Assembly (NCBI GenBank): GCA_010093815.1
Contig: ML996572.1
Reading direction: 5' to 3' (one strand)
DNA: 64,000 nt
DNA from: Pseudovirgaria hyperparasitica
Lineage: Eukaryota
In this document: piece after piece, positions 61,350-64,000 of the stretch
Numbering within the stretch: the stretch's first letter is position 1
How the letters are laid out: every line of letters begins with the position of its first letter
The notes under the pieces: model-generated
What the model was told of the DNA's origin: nothing
Databases searched by the model: none
What the model saw: the letters and a program-made list of their open reading frames with translations, nothing else
Program-made: the position numbers and the translations under genes

Positions 61350-62616
61350 CTATATGATCTGAATGCGAAAGCCTCCCAGGTCTGGTTGGCGGTATTGGTT
61401 TTGTTACGTGCGAAGTAGGGGTGGGAGGACTGTATATAGTGGAAGGCGTATGCATGTAAGAACCAATGCTGCTGTGTACGACTGTGATTCGCAGTCCAGA
61501 TGTTTATTGATCCACAATGGCACCTATGCACGCAATTTGACTGTGGCGTGCTTCTAGAGCATCCTAGACAAGGCTGCCTCTGTTGTCTACCAGATGATGA
61601 CCGCCCTAAGCGACCAGTCCCCGTAGGCGTCCTCTTCTTACCTGTACGGATAATATTTGTCAGTGCTCAAGTGCCTCGAGACGATGTACACGCCTTATAC
61701 TGCCCTATCAGTGGCCATCAGTGATACATGTGCGACTATGGCTTGTGAATGTCGCGGACATGATATCTCGGGGCTGGAAAGGAGTCCTGTGATCGTCGCT
61801 CCAGATGCATGGCATACAACATATGGCCTTTACTGCATTGGTCCCGACATCCCCGAGCGCGTGGTAGGTATTTGATTCGCTAGAGAATATTGTATCCACT
61901 GTAACACTCTTGGAAGTTTTGAGGCTGTCTCCGTGTTTCGCAGTAAGGGATGTTCGTGGATAGATGGCAGGCAATTGAGGGTCCTAGATGCTGCAATTAG
62001 CTCTTTTCTATGCATAGCGAGACGCCCAGCCAGCCAGTAAGATGGCATAGAATGAGACGTTCAGCCTCGGTCGCGGCTCCGAGAGTATGAGACATAGACG
62101 TAGACTACTCATAGTAGTTACCGTACGCTAAGAAGCAATAGTCAGTCAACATGGAGCCCCGATTGTGACGGTTTGCGCACGAGCACATACATCGGCAAAT
62201 CAGCGACAGTGTCAAGCGGAGACGGCTCCGACTAGGGATGTACTAGGGAGGTAGCATGCTGAGACCCGTAATTTAGTCGTCCGTAGGGAACTGCTGTATT
62301 TTCAGGGTGCGGCGAGGAGGAAGCAGAGTGTGTACTGTGGATGGAAGTTGGAGGAGGATTGGGGAAGACAAAACACACGCGGGTAAACACATCAATTTCT
62401 TGTAGAATAATTGTCAGAGCAAAGAGAGAGAGGTGCCGTGGTCCGCCCGCGCGCACGGTTTGCCTTCACTTCCCTAGGAGACCCCCCCCGTCAGCACAGC
62501 ATTTCATCTTTGGCATGCATGACTCAGCAGCCGTCCTTGTAGCATTTTGAAATCCCATCTTTCTAAGCATCCATCATCTATTCATCAAAATCACTAGCAA
62601 GACTTCGCAACACGAT

Positions 62617-64000
62617 ATGAGCTCCCGTGGCTCAATCGATGATGGCTGTGGCGGTAACGGCGAGGATGCTTCTACTCGACTCCTCCCTCGATTGCTCCCC
62701 GCTTTGGGAGGTCATGGAAGTCGACGTCCCAGCATTCGACTTTCGTCTGCACCGCCCAAAAGGATAGGAAATCCTATAGCATGCAGGCCCTGTAAAGCCA
62801 GGAAGCTACGGGTATGTTGCCATCGAGCTTTTACGATGGACGCATCTAACATGTGAGGCGGGTGCTAGTGCGATGGAATTCGGCCAGTGTGTACAAGATG
62901 CCAGAAGAAGAACACTGGTGGTTGTCAGTATGAGTTGCCCGCCGGTGTTTCTCGTCAAGTCGCCTTGAAGAACTTCAACAATGCTCTGAAGCGTGACAAC
63001 GCCGACTTGAGAGAGCTTGTGTTACTCCTGAAGACGAATAGTGAAGCTGAAGCTAAGGCAATACTCAATATGATCAGATCCCACGACGATCCTCTCATTG
63101 TTATCAAGAAGCTTCGGCAACTCGACCTGCTTCTCACTTCCCCTGACACTCCGAGCCAAGACTCTGATGAGGCTGACGTGAAAAGTGCTATTCAGGTCCC
63201 TGCCCGGCCGTGGACAAGTGTCGCGACTGACGAAGTGGTCTCAGAGCTGATCACTGCCTGGTTCGCTTGGGAAGACACGACACTCTTTTCGTATATCACA
63301 CTAGATCTTTTTGTAGCAGACATGAAGGCAGGCGATCCGGAGAGTGCGACATATTGCTCTCCCTTCCTCGTCAACGCCATCTGTGCTGCCAAAGCCGTCA
63401 GTTGCATCACACGAGCTCGAAGAATGAGAAGTGCTAACAAGACCTTCAAGTCTATGGACAAGCCTGCCGCAGACGCAGCGTCTGAAAGCACATGGAAGTT
63501 AAGCGAACGATTCCTCGCCGCTGCAAAGGAGCACCTGGAGCTCCAATGCGGACGCGCTTCGCTTCCTACCATCCACGGACTGTATTGTCTTTTCCAGCAC
63601 GCATCTATCTCAGGAGAAGATCGGGCAGGCACGTTGTATCGACTTGCTGCGATCGACATGATAAGCCGTCTCAACCTCACAAAGGTATACAGAAGCTTGA
63701 GAGACGATGTACCATCACATTTTAGGCGAAAGCAGGCTATATCACGAACCTTATGGGCTGTCTGTAACGTCGAAAGGTATGTCAAATCTACTTATGCAGT
63801 ACCCGATCCTCCACAATAAATATATTGTTACAGCTCCTGGTATTGAAGACATGTTAACATCAATCCGAAATAGTCTTACTACATCCCTGTACCTGAAGCC
63901 CACCTTATTTCCGGCACCACCAATTCCTCCCTACTTTCGAGAGCCTCCTCTCACATCTTCAAAAATGGAGGACGAGGCATTTGACTTCCTGGGCTCCCCA
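62617..64000 (+). CDS. Zn(II)2Cys6 transcription factor with fungal TF middle domain (truncated by window end)
   Basis: ACRPCKARKLR|CDGIRPVCTRCQKKNTGGCQY zinc cluster; VPARPWTSV...SELITAWFAWE...YCSPFLVNAICA; introns near 62812-62868, 63397-63450 and 63778-63873. Confidence 0.88.

Noticed and set aside
62617..64000. Calling the Zn2Cys6 gene nirA itself
   Set aside because: It shares only generic family motifs (PWT, YCSPFLVNA) found in many paralogues; orthology cannot be shown from this partial sequence.

Overview
Eukaryotic DNA from a filamentous ascomycete (Pezizomycotina-type: short GT-AG introns with CTRAY branch points, fungal gene families); the species cannot be called from sequence alone. 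About 22 protein-coding genes can be supported: a DnaJ protein, secreted glutaminase GtaA, a nitrate/nitrite porter, an SDR, ERG24, the ADP/ATP carrier, a dynamin-like (SLIP-GC/NUGGC-like) GTPase, Stm1, a MeaB-like bZIP, an arrestin-domain protein, an FAD monooxygenase, an acyl-CoA synthetase, a GH18 chitinase with an inserted hevein domain, SF3B5, an ankyrin protein, RNA Pol III C11, a GH47 mannosidase, a Zn2Cys6 factor cut by the window end, and several hypothetical proteins. Most of the window is ordinary core genome, and I see no clear, wholly new multi-gene system. The most solid unannotated structure is a 440-bp non-autonomous hAT-type MITE (14182-14621) with perfect 21-bp TIRs, an exact 8-bp target-site duplication and an internal long palindrome. 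Other points of interest are two GC-AG introns (retention of the one in the meaB-like gene opens a ~270-codon alternative C-terminus), a NirA/AreA site cluster upstream of a solo nitrate transporter, and a FarA site plus PTS2-like signal on the acyl-CoA synthetase. No tRNA, rRNA or CRISPR array was recognised. Exon boundaries were derived by hand.
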